Shown: positions 15,348 to 25,334 of the stretch, piece by piece
Layout: the number at the start of each line of letters is the position of its first letter
How positions within the stretch are numbered: position 1 is the stretch's first letter
The notes under the pieces: model-generated
Seen by the model: the letters and a program-made list of their open reading frames with translations, nothing else
Database searches by the model: none
What the model was told of the DNA's origin: nothing
Source of the DNA: a virus
Strand: one strand, 5' to 3'
Length of the DNA: 46,733 nucleotides
UHGV virus genome: UHGV-0157529
Made by a program: the position numbers and the translations under genes

Positions 15348-15689
15348 ATGAAAAACGGACTGCTGGCAGCCGCTCTATCGTGGGTGGAGATTCTAATCTT
15401 TGTGTTGTTTGCCGCAGTCGGCGGATGCCTTGGATATCTGATGCGCACGTCGGGCAGAAAAGAACAGGCCACCATCGCGCGGACCGTGTTGGAGGGGTTA
15501 TCGGCAGGGTTTTTGGGGATTGTCACCCTGCTGGTATGCCGCGCCTCTGGGCTCGACTGGATTTGGTCGGGCGTCATCGTGGGGATTTTCTCATGGCTAG
15601 GCGCGGAGGCCACAGTGATGGCCGTCATCCGTTTCGTTAAACGTAAACTGGGTATCGATTTGGACCCTAAATCTACCGGAGGTGAGTGA
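15348..15689 (+). CDS. holin candidate (multi-TM small protein)
   Basis: 113 aa with three hydrophobic segments; sits in the lysis cassette. Confidence 0.55.
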   Translation: MKNGLLAAALSWVEILIFVLFAAVGGCLGYLMRTSGRKEQATIARTVLEGLSAGFLGIVTLLVCRASGLDWIWSGVIVGIFSWLGAEATVMAVIRFVKRKLGIDLDPKSTGGE

Positions 15690-16156
15690 TGGTATTCGAC
15701 AAGGTCAAGGAGCTGGTCTTGTCAGGTTTAGGTATTCTGGCGGCCATATCGTGCGGGGCCGCCGTCATCCTATACCTGCAGCTACAGTCCGCAAACGGCA
15801 CAATCACGGCGCAGAGCGGGACGATCACCCGCCTGAACACCATCAACGAAAACAACCGGGAGGCACTGGCCACCCTCCGCTCGGACTTCAATGGCCTCAA
15901 TGCCGCTGTTACCATGCTGATGTCAGACCGCGTGGTCGCCGAGCAGAGACAGCAGGTCATAGAAGATTATCTGCGCCGTCTGGAGAAAAACGATGCGATT
16001 CTTAAAGAGTATCTTGCTGGCAGGCTGCCTGCCTCTGTTGGTAAACTGTTCGTGGAGTCAAAAGCCAACGGAAATACAGGTATTGGAGAAAAAGGTCCCG
16101 GAGTCGTTGCTAACCCAGCTAAAGCCCCAACAGCCGCAGCGGATGGAAAGCAATGA
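15689..16156 (+). CDS. i-spanin (Rz-like)
   Basis: N-terminal transmembrane segment, coiled-coil periplasmic domain, GGAGG SD, TGATG coupling to the holin. Confidence 0.6.
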   Translation: MVFDKVKELVLSGLGILAAISCGAAVILYLQLQSANGTITAQSGTITRLNTINENNREALATLRSDFNGLNAAVTMLMSDRVVAEQRQQVIEDYLRRLEKNDAILKEYLAGRLPASVGKLFVESKANGNTGIGEKGPGVVANPAKAPTAAADGKQ

Positions 16157-16301
16157 CGACTTAGTGCGTTACACCATGTATCTATACTGTCTGGTGTACG
16201 TGACCTATCCACAGCAAATCAACGTCATCAGGGTCAATCAGGGGTATCAGCCCCTCCCAATACTGATGCCGAATACCGCCTTTAAGTGCGAGGACAAATA
16301 A
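15993..16301 (+). CDS. o-spanin lipoprotein (Rz1-like), partly embedded in the Rz gene in the +1 frame
   Basis: Signal peptide with lipobox LAGC, a Pro-rich periplasmic region and a C-terminal Cys. GGAGA SD. Confidence 0.65.
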   Translation: MRFLKSILLAGCLPLLVNCSWSQKPTEIQVLEKKVPESLLTQLKPQQPQRMESNDDLVRYTMYLYCLVYVTYPQQINVIRVNQGYQPLPILMPNTAFKCEDK

Positions 16302-16303
16302 GG

Positions 16304-17773
16304 ATGTACGAAGAGCAACCCGTACTACCCGAGGTTAACCTATCCCTGCAGCCCAAGCAGGGATATGCGTATTTGAGCGCAGCCACCGAGATTCTATATG
16401 GCGGGGCTGCTGGCGGGGGCAAGTCCCATCTGATGCGGGCGCTGGCCATATCGTTCGCTATGAACTGTCCCGGAATCCAGATATATATCTTCCGTCGCAA
16501 CTACGGCGACCTCTATCTGAACCACATGGAAGGTGGCTCGTCATTCCCGGTCATGCTGAACCCGCTGGTAGAGAACAAGCTGTGTCGCATCCTGTCGGAC
16601 AACAAAATAAGGTTCTGGAACGGGTCCACCATCCACCTGTGTCACCTGCAGCACAAAAAGAATCTGATGAAATATCAGGGTGCGGAGATGCACATCCTGC
16701 TGATGGACGAGCTTACCCACTTCCTAGAGTCCGAGTATACGTTCCTGCGCTCCCGTGTGCGTCTGGGCAAATGGGAACCGCCAGCCGAGTTCAAACATAA
16801 GCTGCCGTTCATCCTCAACGGGTCCAACCCCGGTAGCGTCGGGCATAACTGGGTCAAGGCCACGTTCGTCGATTATCAGCCGCACTACCACATCACCCGC
16901 ACCCCGGAAGAAGATGGCGGCATGCTGCGCCAGTATATCCCGGCCAAGCTACAGGATAACCAGATACTGATGCAGAACGACCCCGGATATGAGGCACGTC
17001 TGTCCGGTCTGGGCTCGCCCGAACTAGTTAAAGCCATGAAGACTGGCGACTGGAACATCGTAGCGGGCGGTGCGCTCGACGATGTGTGGAGCGACCGGGT
17101 CATGGTCCCGAACTTCCGAGTGCCGGAGTCGTGGCGTCTATTCCGCACATTCGACTGGGGTTCCACCCACCCATTCAGCTATGGTCTATGGGCGGTGGCC
17201 AACGGTGAAGAGGTCAGGCTCCCGGACGGCTCGTACTTCTCCCCTGCCGCCGGGTCTCTCGTCCGCGTCGCGGAGTGGTACGGCACAGCCAAAATCGGTT
17301 CCAACAAGGGCCTCAAGTATGGGGCAAAACGCGTGGCCGAGGGTATCCTTTCGCGCGACCAAGACTTGTACGAAAACCAGTGGATTGCTAAAATGCCTTA
17401 CACGGGCGTGGCGGATGGCCAGATATTCAACAAGAACGAAGGCGACGACGACCCGAGTATCGCGGACAAGATGGAGGAAGTCGGAGTCTACTGGGAGCGA
17501 GCGAACAAGTCCCCCGGCTCCCGTATCAACGGTCTGCAATTGGTGCGCGATCGTTTCGAGGCGGTACAGAAAGGTGAGGATGAGCCCGGCATCTACGCCA
17601 TGGAACGATGCAACGCGTTCCGTACGACGCTACCGGTGCTGCCGCGCGACCCGACCAAGTTCGACGACGTAGACACCAAATCAGAGGACCACGTATTCGA
17701 TGATGTACGCTATGCGGTCCTGAACGAGAAAGATACCTCTATGGCGGGCGTAGACGTCCGCTTCAAACGATAG
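16304..17773 (+). CDS. terL: terminase large subunit (alternative GTG start at 16286)
   Basis: Walker A GGAAGGGKS, Walker B ILLMDE, and a C-terminal nuclease-like domain. Confidence 0.85.
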   Translation: MYEEQPVLPEVNLSLQPKQGYAYLSAATEILYGGAAGGGKSHLMRALAISFAMNCPGIQIYIFRRNYGDLYLNHMEGGSSFPVMLNPLVENKLCRILSDNKIRFWNGSTIHLCHLQHKKNLMKYQGAEMHILLMDELTHFLESEYTFLRSRVRLGKWEPPAEFKHKLPFILNGSNPGSVGHNWVKATFVDYQPHYHITRTPEEDGGMLRQYIPAKLQDNQILMQNDPGYEARLSGLGSPELVKAMKTGDWNIVAGGALDDVWSDRVMVPNFRVPESWRLFRTFDWGSTHPFSYGLWAVANGEEVRLPDGSYFSPAAGSLVRVAEWYGTAKIGSNKGLKYGAKRVAEGILSRDQDLYENQWIAKMPYTGVADGQIFNKNEGDDDPSIADKMEEVGVYWERANKSPGSRINGLQLVRDRFEAVQKGEDEPGIYAMERCNAFRTTLPVLPRDPTKFDDVDTKSEDHVFDDVRYAVLNEKDTSMAGVDVRFKR

Positions 17774-17781
17774 GACAAGAT

Positions 17782-19296
17782 ATGGCATCCACCAACCCAG
17801 CTACGGTAGAATATGAAAAATCCGACCTCGTACGCGTGAAGCCGCTGTATCGATTCATCCGCGCGTGCCTGTGCGGCCCGCAGGCAGTGAAGGATGGCGG
17901 CGAGGTGTGGCTGCCACACCCCGACCTTGAGACCAAGGGCACGAAGTACGGCGATGAGCGCTACGCGTCTTATAAGAAGCGTGCCCGGTTCTACAACATC
18001 ACCGGAAACACCATTAAGGGTATGCTGGGACAGGTGTTTAGCCGCGACCCGGTCATCAAGCTGCCTGATACCTATAGTATTTTGCTGGAAGACGTGACTG
18101 GTACGGGTGTCGGCCTCGTCCAGCAGGCTAAAGAGGTGACTACTGATGTAATCGGCTTTGGCCGCCACGCCCTCCTGACCGACTATAGTTCGGTCGAAGG
18201 GTCCGCCAGCGCCGCAGATGTGGCTTCCGGTGATGTCCGCCCGTTCATCATGAACTTTAAGCCAGAGGATATCCTCAACTGGCGCGAATCACTGGTGGGG
18301 GATAAACGCCGTCTGACCCTACTGGTCCTGCGCGATGAGGTGGACCGTGGCGGGGATGACACATTCGACGAGTATAAGGAAAAGGGATATCGTGAACTGC
18401 GCCTAATTAATGGCACATTCATGGCCCGCCGCTGGACCACTATCGACGACACGGTCGTGGCAGGTGAGTGGATAACCCCGACCAAGGCGAACGGTGATAA
18501 CTTCTCCGAAATTCCCGCCGTGCTGGTGGGCTCGGACAACAACGACCCCGGCATTGATGACAGCCCTATGGCCGACATCGTCGAACTCAATCAGGGCCAT
18601 TACATCAACAGCGCGGACTACGAAGAGTCGGTATTCCTGCTGGGTCAGCCGACACCTGTGGCCACCGGGCTGGACATTACGTGGGCCAAGGAGATTATGG
18701 GGTCCAAGCCTATTTATCTAGGCTCCCGTGAACTGGTCAAGCTGCCGAAGGGTGCGAGCATCGACCTGTTGCAAATCGAAGGCAACCTCGAAGCCAAGGT
18801 CGCCATGGAGCACAAAGAAAGCCAGATGGTGGCGCTGGGCGCACGCATTGTCCAGAACCGCGACGTTCAGCGTACCGCCAAGGAATACAGCGGCGACCGT
18901 GCTACCCAGACCTCAATCCTCGCCACTATCTCCCGCAACGTGAGCGAGGCATATATGCAGTGCCTGCGCTGGGCCTGCGAATACAGCGGCGACAACCCGG
19001 ACGAAATCGAGTTCGAACTCAACACAGACTTCGACCTCGCCAAGATGTCCCCGGAAGAGGTGACAGCCGTTATGGCGGCATGGCAGGGCAAGGCCATCTC
19101 CTTCACTGAGATGCGGTTCGCGCTCAAGAAAGGCGGCGTAGCGTTCCAAGAGGACGAAGACGCCCGCGCGGAGAATGACAGTGATTCCGCCCTGCGGGAC
19201 CTCGACCTCGACAAGGAAGAAGAGACCGACAACCCGCCGAATGAGAGCGGAAATCAGGGCGGAAATCAGGGTAGCGGCAGCGGGGAGGATGAATGA
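17782..19296 (+). CDS. portal protein
   Basis: 504 aa immediately after terL, with an acidic Gly-rich C-terminus. Confidence 0.65.
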   Translation: MASTNPATVEYEKSDLVRVKPLYRFIRACLCGPQAVKDGGEVWLPHPDLETKGTKYGDERYASYKKRARFYNITGNTIKGMLGQVFSRDPVIKLPDTYSILLEDVTGTGVGLVQQAKEVTTDVIGFGRHALLTDYSSVEGSASAADVASGDVRPFIMNFKPEDILNWRESLVGDKRRLTLLVLRDEVDRGGDDTFDEYKEKGYRELRLINGTFMARRWTTIDDTVVAGEWITPTKANGDNFSEIPAVLVGSDNNDPGIDDSPMADIVELNQGHYINSADYEESVFLLGQPTPVATGLDITWAKEIMGSKPIYLGSRELVKLPKGASIDLLQIEGNLEAKVAMEHKESQMVALGARIVQNRDVQRTAKEYSGDRATQTSILATISRNVSEAYMQCLRWACEYSGDNPDEIEFELNTDFDLAKMSPEEVTAVMAAWQGKAISFTEMRFALKKGGVAFQEDEDARAENDSDSALRDLDLDKEEETDNPPNESGNQGGNQGSGSGEDE

Positions 19297-20360
19297 TAAA
19301 CGACCCGCTTCTCGATATCGTCACGCGTCGGCAGGTGCTCATTGAGCGCCTCAAGGCGCAGACCGGGAAGGATTTCCGCAATAGGGCGCTCAAGCGATTC
19401 GACCGGGCCATTCGGTCGGTTCTGGAATCGCTTGATGACGGTCTCCTCAAAACCTCGGTATCGGTCCGCGAACTGGACGATGCGATCGCCAAGCTTGAGC
19501 CCGCCATGCGGGCTGTTCTGTCTGAGTGGGCTGAGGAGTTCGAGAAGGTCAATAAGGACTTCGCTGGCGAATCGGCATCTTTTGAACACACCACTTTGAC
19601 CACCGTGGCAGAACGTGCTACAATCTCTTCTGTACCCGCATCGGTGGCATGGAAGATGGCCAATGAGGTCCCTATCCAAGCCACCGGGCAGCTCCTTAAA
19701 AGCTTTGTTAAGCACTGGGAGGACTCGGAGGTCGAGGCCGTCCAGAATATCGTAAGGAAAGGGTACTGGTCCGGGATGACCAAGTCCGAGCTTTTAACGG
19801 CCATTCGTGGTACTAAGAAGCAGGGATACCGGGACGGGGCATTGGGTCGGTTCGAACGCAACACGGATACTGTGATTCGGACAGCCACGCAGCACGTGGC
19901 GAATACGTCAAGGATGGCTATGTGGGAGGCCAACGACGACATCGTAACTGGCTACCGCATCGTAGCGACGCTGGACGGGAGAACGTCCACGATATGCCGC
20001 AGTCTCGACGGTAAAGAATACAAGCTCGGGGAAGGGCCATTGCCGCCGTTCCACCCGGGATGCCGAACCACCACCGTGCCAGTGCTGGCTCCACAGTACA
20101 GGTCCAATATGACAGCCGGGACCCGCTCGTCGAAGGACGGGTACGTCGCCGGGAGTACCACCTATTACGAATGGTTAAAAGGCGAGTCCTACCAGTTTAA
20201 GGTGTTGGCACTGGGGCCCACGAGAGCTAAGCTCTTCGAGAAGGGTGGTTTATCCGCTGCCGAGTTCGGCAGGCTTAATCTGGGGCGCAACTTCGAGCCA
20301 ATGACACTCGATGAGATGCGAGCAATAAACCCCACAGCATTCGAGAGGGCTGGTCTGTGA
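19293..20360 (+). CDS. head morphogenesis protein, Mu F / SPP1 gp7 family
   Basis: C-terminal motif YRIVATLDGRTSTICRSLDGKEY...PPFHPGCRTTTVP is typical of Phage_Mu_F. Confidence 0.8.
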   Translation: MINDPLLDIVTRRQVLIERLKAQTGKDFRNRALKRFDRAIRSVLESLDDGLLKTSVSVRELDDAIAKLEPAMRAVLSEWAEEFEKVNKDFAGESASFEHTTLTTVAERATISSVPASVAWKMANEVPIQATGQLLKSFVKHWEDSEVEAVQNIVRKGYWSGMTKSELLTAIRGTKKQGYRDGALGRFERNTDTVIRTATQHVANTSRMAMWEANDDIVTGYRIVATLDGRTSTICRSLDGKEYKLGEGPLPPFHPGCRTTTVPVLAPQYRSNMTAGTRSSKDGYVAGSTTYYEWLKGESYQFKVLALGPTRAKLFEKGGLSAAEFGRLNLGRNFEPMTLDEMRAINPTAFERAGL

Positions 20361-20436
20361 CCAGCTTATTGAGATAGGGCCCGTGGCCCGAAATGTCAAA
20401 ACCCGCGCCCGTGGCGCACAACAGGAGCCGTGCTCT

Positions 20437-21228
20437 ATGAAAAAAGCAACCCGTATCATGCCACTCATGGCGTTCTTCCCGACGCTGGCTGGTGTAGCAA
20501 CCGCCAAGCTCAAGAAGACCGTCACTAATCTGACCGAAGTGCCGGAAGCCTACCGCTCGTTGTACGAGCAGGACGGGTCCGAATACACACTGACCGTCGA
20601 GATCGAGGGGCAGGTGGATGAAACCTCGCTGGAAACCATGCGCCGTGCGCGTGACCACGAGAAGAACGCCGCGAAGGACCTGCGCCAGAAGATTTCCGAC
20701 CTTGAACTGCAGCTGTCGGACCTGCAGAACGACAAGCACCGTGGCAAGGGCGGACCGGATGTAGAAGCGCTCGAAGCGTCTTACAAAAAGCAGATTGCCG
20801 ACCTCAAGGCCGAGCATGAAGGTGCTGTTAAGAAGCTAAAGAGCAGCATCACTAACTTGACAGTGGGGCAGGCTTCTGCTAAGCTGGCAGCAGATTTATT
20901 CACCGTTCCATCCGCGATGGCCCATCACGTGACCTCTCGCCTCTCGGCGGAGATTGACGAAGATGGCAAGACAGTGACACGGGTGCTGGATAAGGATGGG
21001 AACGTGTCGGCCATGACGCTGGAGGACCTCGAAAAAGAGTTCCGCGCAGTGAAAGAATGGGCCCCGTTCCTCAAAGCTAAGGGTGGTTCCGGGATGGGCG
21101 GCCACAAAGGCCCAGGCGGTCAGACCGTTGTCTATACTCGTGACAACGCGAAGGACATGCCGGAGGCCGAACGTGCGCAGCTCCTGAGAGACGACCCTGA
21201 GCAGTTTAAACGACTTTTCGGCCAATAA
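20437..21228 (+). CDS. scaffolding protein (alternative starts at 20383 or 20458)
   Basis: CAGGAG SD 8 nt upstream. Coiled-coil, charged protein between the morphogenesis and capsid genes. Confidence 0.55.
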   Translation: MKKATRIMPLMAFFPTLAGVATAKLKKTVTNLTEVPEAYRSLYEQDGSEYTLTVEIEGQVDETSLETMRRARDHEKNAAKDLRQKISDLELQLSDLQNDKHRGKGGPDVEALEASYKKQIADLKAEHEGAVKKLKSSITNLTVGQASAKLAADLFTVPSAMAHHVTSRLSAEIDEDGKTVTRVLDKDGNVSAMTLEDLEKEFRAVKEWAPFLKAKGGSGMGGHKGPGGQTVVYTRDNAKDMPEAERAQLLRDDPEQFKRLFGQ

Positions 21229-21237
21229 GAGGGCATC

Positions 21238-22332
21238 ATGCAAAAAACTAAGGGCGGCATCTTAATCCCTGACTACATCGCGCCGACGCTGGCGGGTGTG
21301 GCTGGCACAACGCGTCTCACTGACGCATTCATCCCGGACCTGTTTAGCACTTACGCGACCGAAGACACTGCAGAACTGACCGCATTCGCGGAATCGGGCA
21401 TCCTGCGTACTTCGCCGCTCATCAACAACATGGTCCAGAACGGCGGTTCCACTATTACCCTGCCGTACTGGAATGACCTCGATGCTGATGAAGAGCCGAA
21501 CTACTCGAACGACGACCCGGCGGACCTGTCCACTCCGGATAAAATCGATTCGGGCGAGCAGACTGCGCGCGTGGCGTTCCTTAACAACTCGTGGGCGGCT
21601 GCCGACCTCGTGTCCGAACTGGCGGGTTCATCCCCTAACCAGCGCATCGCGTCGCGCATCGACAACTACTGGGCTCGCCAGTGGCAGAAACGTGCTATCG
21701 CGGTAGCGGTCGGCCTGTACAACGACAACGTCGCATCCAACAACTCCGACATGGTTGTTGACGCCACGGCGTACGCTGATGTGGGCGAGCAGATTTTCAA
21801 CGTAAACAACTTCGTTGATGCTGCTTTCACCATGGGTGACCGCGTCGGCGGACTGAGCGTGGTAGCCATGCACTCCATGGTCGCTAAGCGCATCACCAAA
21901 AACAACGAAGTAGAAGAGATTCGTGACTCCGAAGGCAACCTGCTGTACACCGCCTATAAAGGTGCGCGTATCATCCTCGACGACGGCATGCCGACGTTCG
22001 GCTCCGGTCCGACCCGTAGCTATCTGTCGATCATGTTTGGCCCCGGCGCACTGACCTACGGCTACGGCACTCCGCGCGTCCCGGCTGAGACCGATCGCAA
22101 GCCGGATGGCGGCCACGGTGGCGGTATCGAGGTCCTGTACTCCCGTAAGACGTGGTTAATCCACCCGACCGGGTACAAGTTCCTCGCCACCACCCTGACT
22201 GGCAACGGTGCGACCGATGACGGCGTGGCGGTTAAAAACGCCAGCTGGGCGGACCTCCGCCTTGCGACCAACTGGGAACGCCAGCTGGAGCGTAAGAAAG
22301 TCAACATGGCCTTCCTGTTGACTCGCGGCTAA
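21238..22332 (+). CDS. major capsid protein
   Basis: 364 aa downstream of the scaffold gene, followed by a hairpin attenuator. Confidence 0.75.
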   Translation: MQKTKGGILIPDYIAPTLAGVAGTTRLTDAFIPDLFSTYATEDTAELTAFAESGILRTSPLINNMVQNGGSTITLPYWNDLDADEEPNYSNDDPADLSTPDKIDSGEQTARVAFLNNSWAAADLVSELAGSSPNQRIASRIDNYWARQWQKRAIAVAVGLYNDNVASNNSDMVVDATAYADVGEQIFNVNNFVDAAFTMGDRVGGLSVVAMHSMVAKRITKNNEVEEIRDSEGNLLYTAYKGARIILDDGMPTFGSGPTRSYLSIMFGPGALTYGYGTPRVPAETDRKPDGGHGGGIEVLYSRKTWLIHPTGYKFLATTLTGNGATDDGVAVKNASWADLRLATNWERQLERKKVNMAFLLTRG

Positions 22333-22351
22333 TCGGCCCGTCTGACCACCT

Positions 22352-22380
22352 GAGGGGCCCATAGTGGCCCCTCTGTTATA
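22352..22380 (+). terminator. hairpin attenuator / terminator after the capsid gene
   Basis: Stem GAGGGGCC / GGCCCCTC (8 bp) followed by TGTTATA. Confidence 0.4.
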
Positions 22381-22392
22381 GGAGAGTAAAAG

Positions 22393-22575
22393 ATGCCTGA
22401 TTTGGTGCCAAACGCAGTTAACCCGCCGATTAAAACCCTGCTCGGCGAGACCCACACCACCGATATGGCGGTACAGACCGCGATGGCTCTGCGTAAGCTG
22501 CCGTCGCACACTCACACCATCGAGCAAGTCACCGGGCTGCAGACCGCCCTCGACGGCAAGCAAGATAAGGCGTAA
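22393..22575 (+). CDS. hypothetical small head-region protein
   Basis: AGGAGAG SD. Confidence 0.4.
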   Translation: MPDLVPNAVNPPIKTLLGETHTTDMAVQTAMALRKLPSHTHTIEQVTGLQTALDGKQDKA

Positions 22576-22578
22576 CGC

Positions 22579-22719
22579 ATGGCTACTAAAAAAGACGACG
22601 AGAAGACCAAGAAGGACGAGCCGAAACACGAACTCAACGAAGAGCGCGTGGACCTCGGCACTCTGGCGCAGGAACAGCGCGAACTCGACGAGGCCATCCG
22701 CAAGTCTCGTCAAGCGTAA
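22579..22719 (+). CDS. small Lys/Glu-rich protein (46 aa)
   Basis: ORF MATKKDDEKTKKDEPKHELNEERVDLGTLAQEQRELDEAIRKSRQA, followed by the hairpin GGGGGCTATGGCCCCC. Confidence 0.3.
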   Translation: MATKKDDEKTKKDEPKHELNEERVDLGTLAQEQRELDEAIRKSRQA

Positions 22720-22755
22720 TAAATCGGGGGCTATGGCCCCCTACAGGAGACCCCC

Positions 22756-23244
22756 TTGAGCATAATCGTCGAAGACGGCACACTGGTGGAGGGGGCCAAC
22801 TCCTACATCGATGTGGCCTACCTCAAAGACTACGCCTCCGCCCGAGGCATCACCCTTCCAGCGGATGAAGAACTGCCAACCAAGCTTATCTTGGCGATGG
22901 ACTACCTTGACACCTACACCAACCAGTGGCCGGGCACGGCACGTGGTGAACTGCCGTGGCCGCGCAAGGATACCGACTATGAGAACATCCCGGCTAACCT
23001 CAAAAAGGCGCAGGCAATTCTGGCCGTTAAAGCGGCGCAGGGCGTGGCACTGTTCAACGATACGACCAGCAGCACCCGCGTGCTGAAACGCGAGAAAATC
23101 GACGTGATGGAGTTCGAATATGCAGTATCTGATACCAACCCGGAGGTGGCCATCCAGCCGACATTCCCGGAGGTGGACGCACTGCTGGGGTCCCTGCTGG
23201 GCGAGCCGGGTTGGCATGGTCGGACTCGTGTGATGAGGGCATGA
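22756..23244 (+). CDS. head-tail connector / adaptor protein (TTG start)
   Basis: AGGAGA lies 7 nt upstream of TTG. The gp6-like N-terminus is (VEDGTLVEGANSYIDVAYLKDYA). Confidence 0.5.
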   Translation: MSIIVEDGTLVEGANSYIDVAYLKDYASARGITLPADEELPTKLILAMDYLDTYTNQWPGTARGELPWPRKDTDYENIPANLKKAQAILAVKAAQGVALFNDTTSSTRVLKREKIDVMEFEYAVSDTNPEVAIQPTFPEVDALLGSLLGEPGWHGRTRVMRA

Positions 23245-23245
23245 T

Positions 23246-23593
23246 ATGAGCGTATTCACTGATGCGCAACGCAAAGCGACCGAGAAAATCCGGCAGTATG
23301 GCGGGACTCTGCGCGTGGTCCGTACCTCACCCATAGATGAGGTCACTGGTACGGGCGGCGTGGATACCATCGTGGGCTCTGGTAAGGCCATCCAGACCGA
23401 GTACTCGACTCGTGCCATCGACGGCGACAAAATCAAAGTGGGCGATAAACGCCTGCTGGTGGAGGCGTCGGTGGCTCTTCAAGAGGATGATAAGGTCCAG
23501 TTCGGCGGCAAGATTTGGACCGTCAAGCGTATCGAGGAGCTTAACCTCGACGGCGACACGCGGATATTCGCTAAGGTACAGGTGAGAGCATGA
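23246..23593 (+). CDS. head-tail joining / head closure protein
   Basis: Position and size. Confidence 0.45.
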   Translation: MSVFTDAQRKATEKIRQYGGTLRVVRTSPIDEVTGTGGVDTIVGSGKAIQTEYSTRAIDGDKIKVGDKRLLVEASVALQEDDKVQFGGKIWTVKRIEELNLDGDTRIFAKVQVRA

Positions 23594-23973
23594 GTTATGC
23601 CGACCAGCTGAAACGCTTTAAGGAGATGCACGAGAAGGAGGCCACCAAGCAGTGGAGGGCTGCCATGCTCGAAGTCATGACCGGGACCATCATGGACACC
23701 CCGGTACTCGATGGCTATCTGCGCGGCGGCTGGGCAGCCTATCTCGGGACTGCGGGTATTGGCGGACTGGCCCCCGATAAGAGTGGTTCGATAGCCATGA
23801 AACAGGTATCCAGTGCCGTGTCTCGCGCCGTGCTGGGGACCGATGTATGGTTTGTCAACCGCTACCCGTACGCCTACGACATCGAGTATAACGGCCACAG
23901 TCAGAAAGCACCCGAGGGTATGCTGCGGCGCAACCTCGCCCGATGGAATCTACTTATTGAGAATACACGATGA
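23590..23973 (+). CDS. neck / tail-completion protein (HK97 gp10-like)
   Basis: Position; ATGA coupling. Confidence 0.45.
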   Translation: MSYADQLKRFKEMHEKEATKQWRAAMLEVMTGTIMDTPVLDGYLRGGWAAYLGTAGIGGLAPDKSGSIAMKQVSSAVSRAVLGTDVWFVNRYPYAYDIEYNGHSQKAPEGMLRRNLARWNLLIENTR

Positions 23974-24389
23974 GGCAACACGACCTAACTGAATCGACGC
24001 TGCGCGCCCATTGGGTGGCGGGAGCGTTCGGCCTGCCCACGGCATATGAAAATCAGGCATTTAGCAAGCCAGACGATGCGCCGTGGGCGGCTCTTTGGTA
24101 CGTCCCGGCAGACACCCAGCCCGTGACCGCAGGCTCACGAGGACAGGATGAGGTGGTCGGCTTTTTGCAAATCGACCTCAACTATCCGTTGAACAAAGGC
24201 ACAGGCGACACCCGAGAGATGGCCGACAAAATCGCAGACCACTTCCCTGTCGGGCATCCTTTGGTTTATAATGGCTTCGTCGTCAAGCCGACTTATGTAC
24301 ACCGGGGCCAAGGCCGTGAGGTCGATGGCTGGTGGCGGACCCCAATAACTATTGGGTGGTATTCACGACTCAATCGCTTAGGAGCATAA
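23970..24389 (+). CDS. tail terminator protein
   Basis: Sits immediately upstream of the major tail gene. Confidence 0.45.
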   Translation: MRQHDLTESTLRAHWVAGAFGLPTAYENQAFSKPDDAPWAALWYVPADTQPVTAGSRGQDEVVGFLQIDLNYPLNKGTGDTREMADKIADHFPVGHPLVYNGFVVKPTYVHRGQGREVDGWWRTPITIGWYSRLNRLGA

Positions 24390-24391
24390 AC

Positions 24392-25324
24392 ATGTCAAAC
24401 GGCAGCCGCCATGGTCTCTACCTAGTCCCTGAAACGGCCTATGGTACGACCCCGGCAACACCTTCATTTGATTTCTATCGCCACAACACTACCACGTTGG
24501 CTGCGGTTAAAAATACCCTGCAGTCCGAGGAGATTCGCCCCAATCGGCAACTCGCCGACTTCCGCATGGGCACGCAACAGGGCGCGGGCAACGTTGTCTC
24601 CGAATTAGCGTTCGGCTCATTCGACAAAGTCATCGAAGCCCTCATGCTCGGCACATGGGACTCCGACACCGTCAGAATCGGCGCGACCCGCCGCAGTTTC
24701 TCCATCCTGCGTGTGTTCGATGACCTAGATGGCGCGGCCCCTAACAACAAGAAGTGTCAGCTGTTCACCGGTATGGAGGCCAACACGTTGTCGCTGGCGG
24801 TGACTACTGAGGCCATCAACCAAATCACGGTAGGCTGGGTGGGCAAGGGTATGTCTCTGTCCGCCACCCCCCCGGTGGGCGCTACGCTCGGGACCCCCGA
24901 CGACACGGCGGGCATGGATTCCTTCACCGGGACTATCACCGAGGGTGGGCAGGCTATCGCGGTCATTACCGAGATTCAGATTAACCTCGAAAACGGCATC
25001 GAGCCGCGCTACGTGGTAGGATCTCGCAACTCGATTCGCCCGTCTCTCGGTGTGGCGCAGGTGTCCGGTCAGGTGACGGCCTACTTTGAAGACAGCTACC
25101 TGCTTGAGAAGTACATCAACGAGCAGACTTCCAATATCGAGTTCACGCTCACCGATGGTGAAGGCGGCAACGCGTATAAGTTTACGCTGCCTAAAATCAA
25201 GTATACGGGCGGCAACACCGACGTCGGCGGTCAGGGCTCCATCACGATCGTACTGCCGTTTACCGCCACGTATGACGGCGCATCCGACACCACCATGACG
25301 ATTACCCGCATCCCTGATGCATAA
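24392..25324 (+). CDS. major tail (tube) protein
   Basis: AGGAG SD. 310 aa, upstream of the G/GT chaperone genes. Confidence 0.65.
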   Translation: MSNGSRHGLYLVPETAYGTTPATPSFDFYRHNTTTLAAVKNTLQSEEIRPNRQLADFRMGTQQGAGNVVSELAFGSFDKVIEALMLGTWDSDTVRIGATRRSFSILRVFDDLDGAAPNNKKCQLFTGMEANTLSLAVTTEAINQITVGWVGKGMSLSATPPVGATLGTPDDTAGMDSFTGTITEGGQAIAVITEIQINLENGIEPRYVVGSRNSIRPSLGVAQVSGQVTAYFEDSYLLEKYINEQTSNIEFTLTDGEGGNAYKFTLPKIKYTGGNTDVGGQGSITIVLPFTATYDGASDTTMTITRIPDA

Positions 25325-25334
25325 GGAAAAATAG

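Noticed and set aside
16286-16303. GTG at 16286 as the terL start
   Set aside because: It overlaps the Rz1 3' end without an SD. The ATG at 16304 is preferred, though the choice remains uncertain.
17070-17672. Alternative-frame ORFs inside terL and portal (17070-17672, 16582-16800, 18494-18943)
   Set aside because: They are embedded in strongly supported genes and are Arg/Ser/Thr-rich off-frame translations.
19124-19942. Long minus-strand ORFs (19124-19942, 4744-5319, 20275-20817, 27661-28224, 36369-36938, 45858-46583 and others)
   Set aside because: All lie antisense to well-supported + strand genes and have Ser/Arg/His-rich low-complexity translations. No SD or promoter context; expected by chance in GC-rich DNA.
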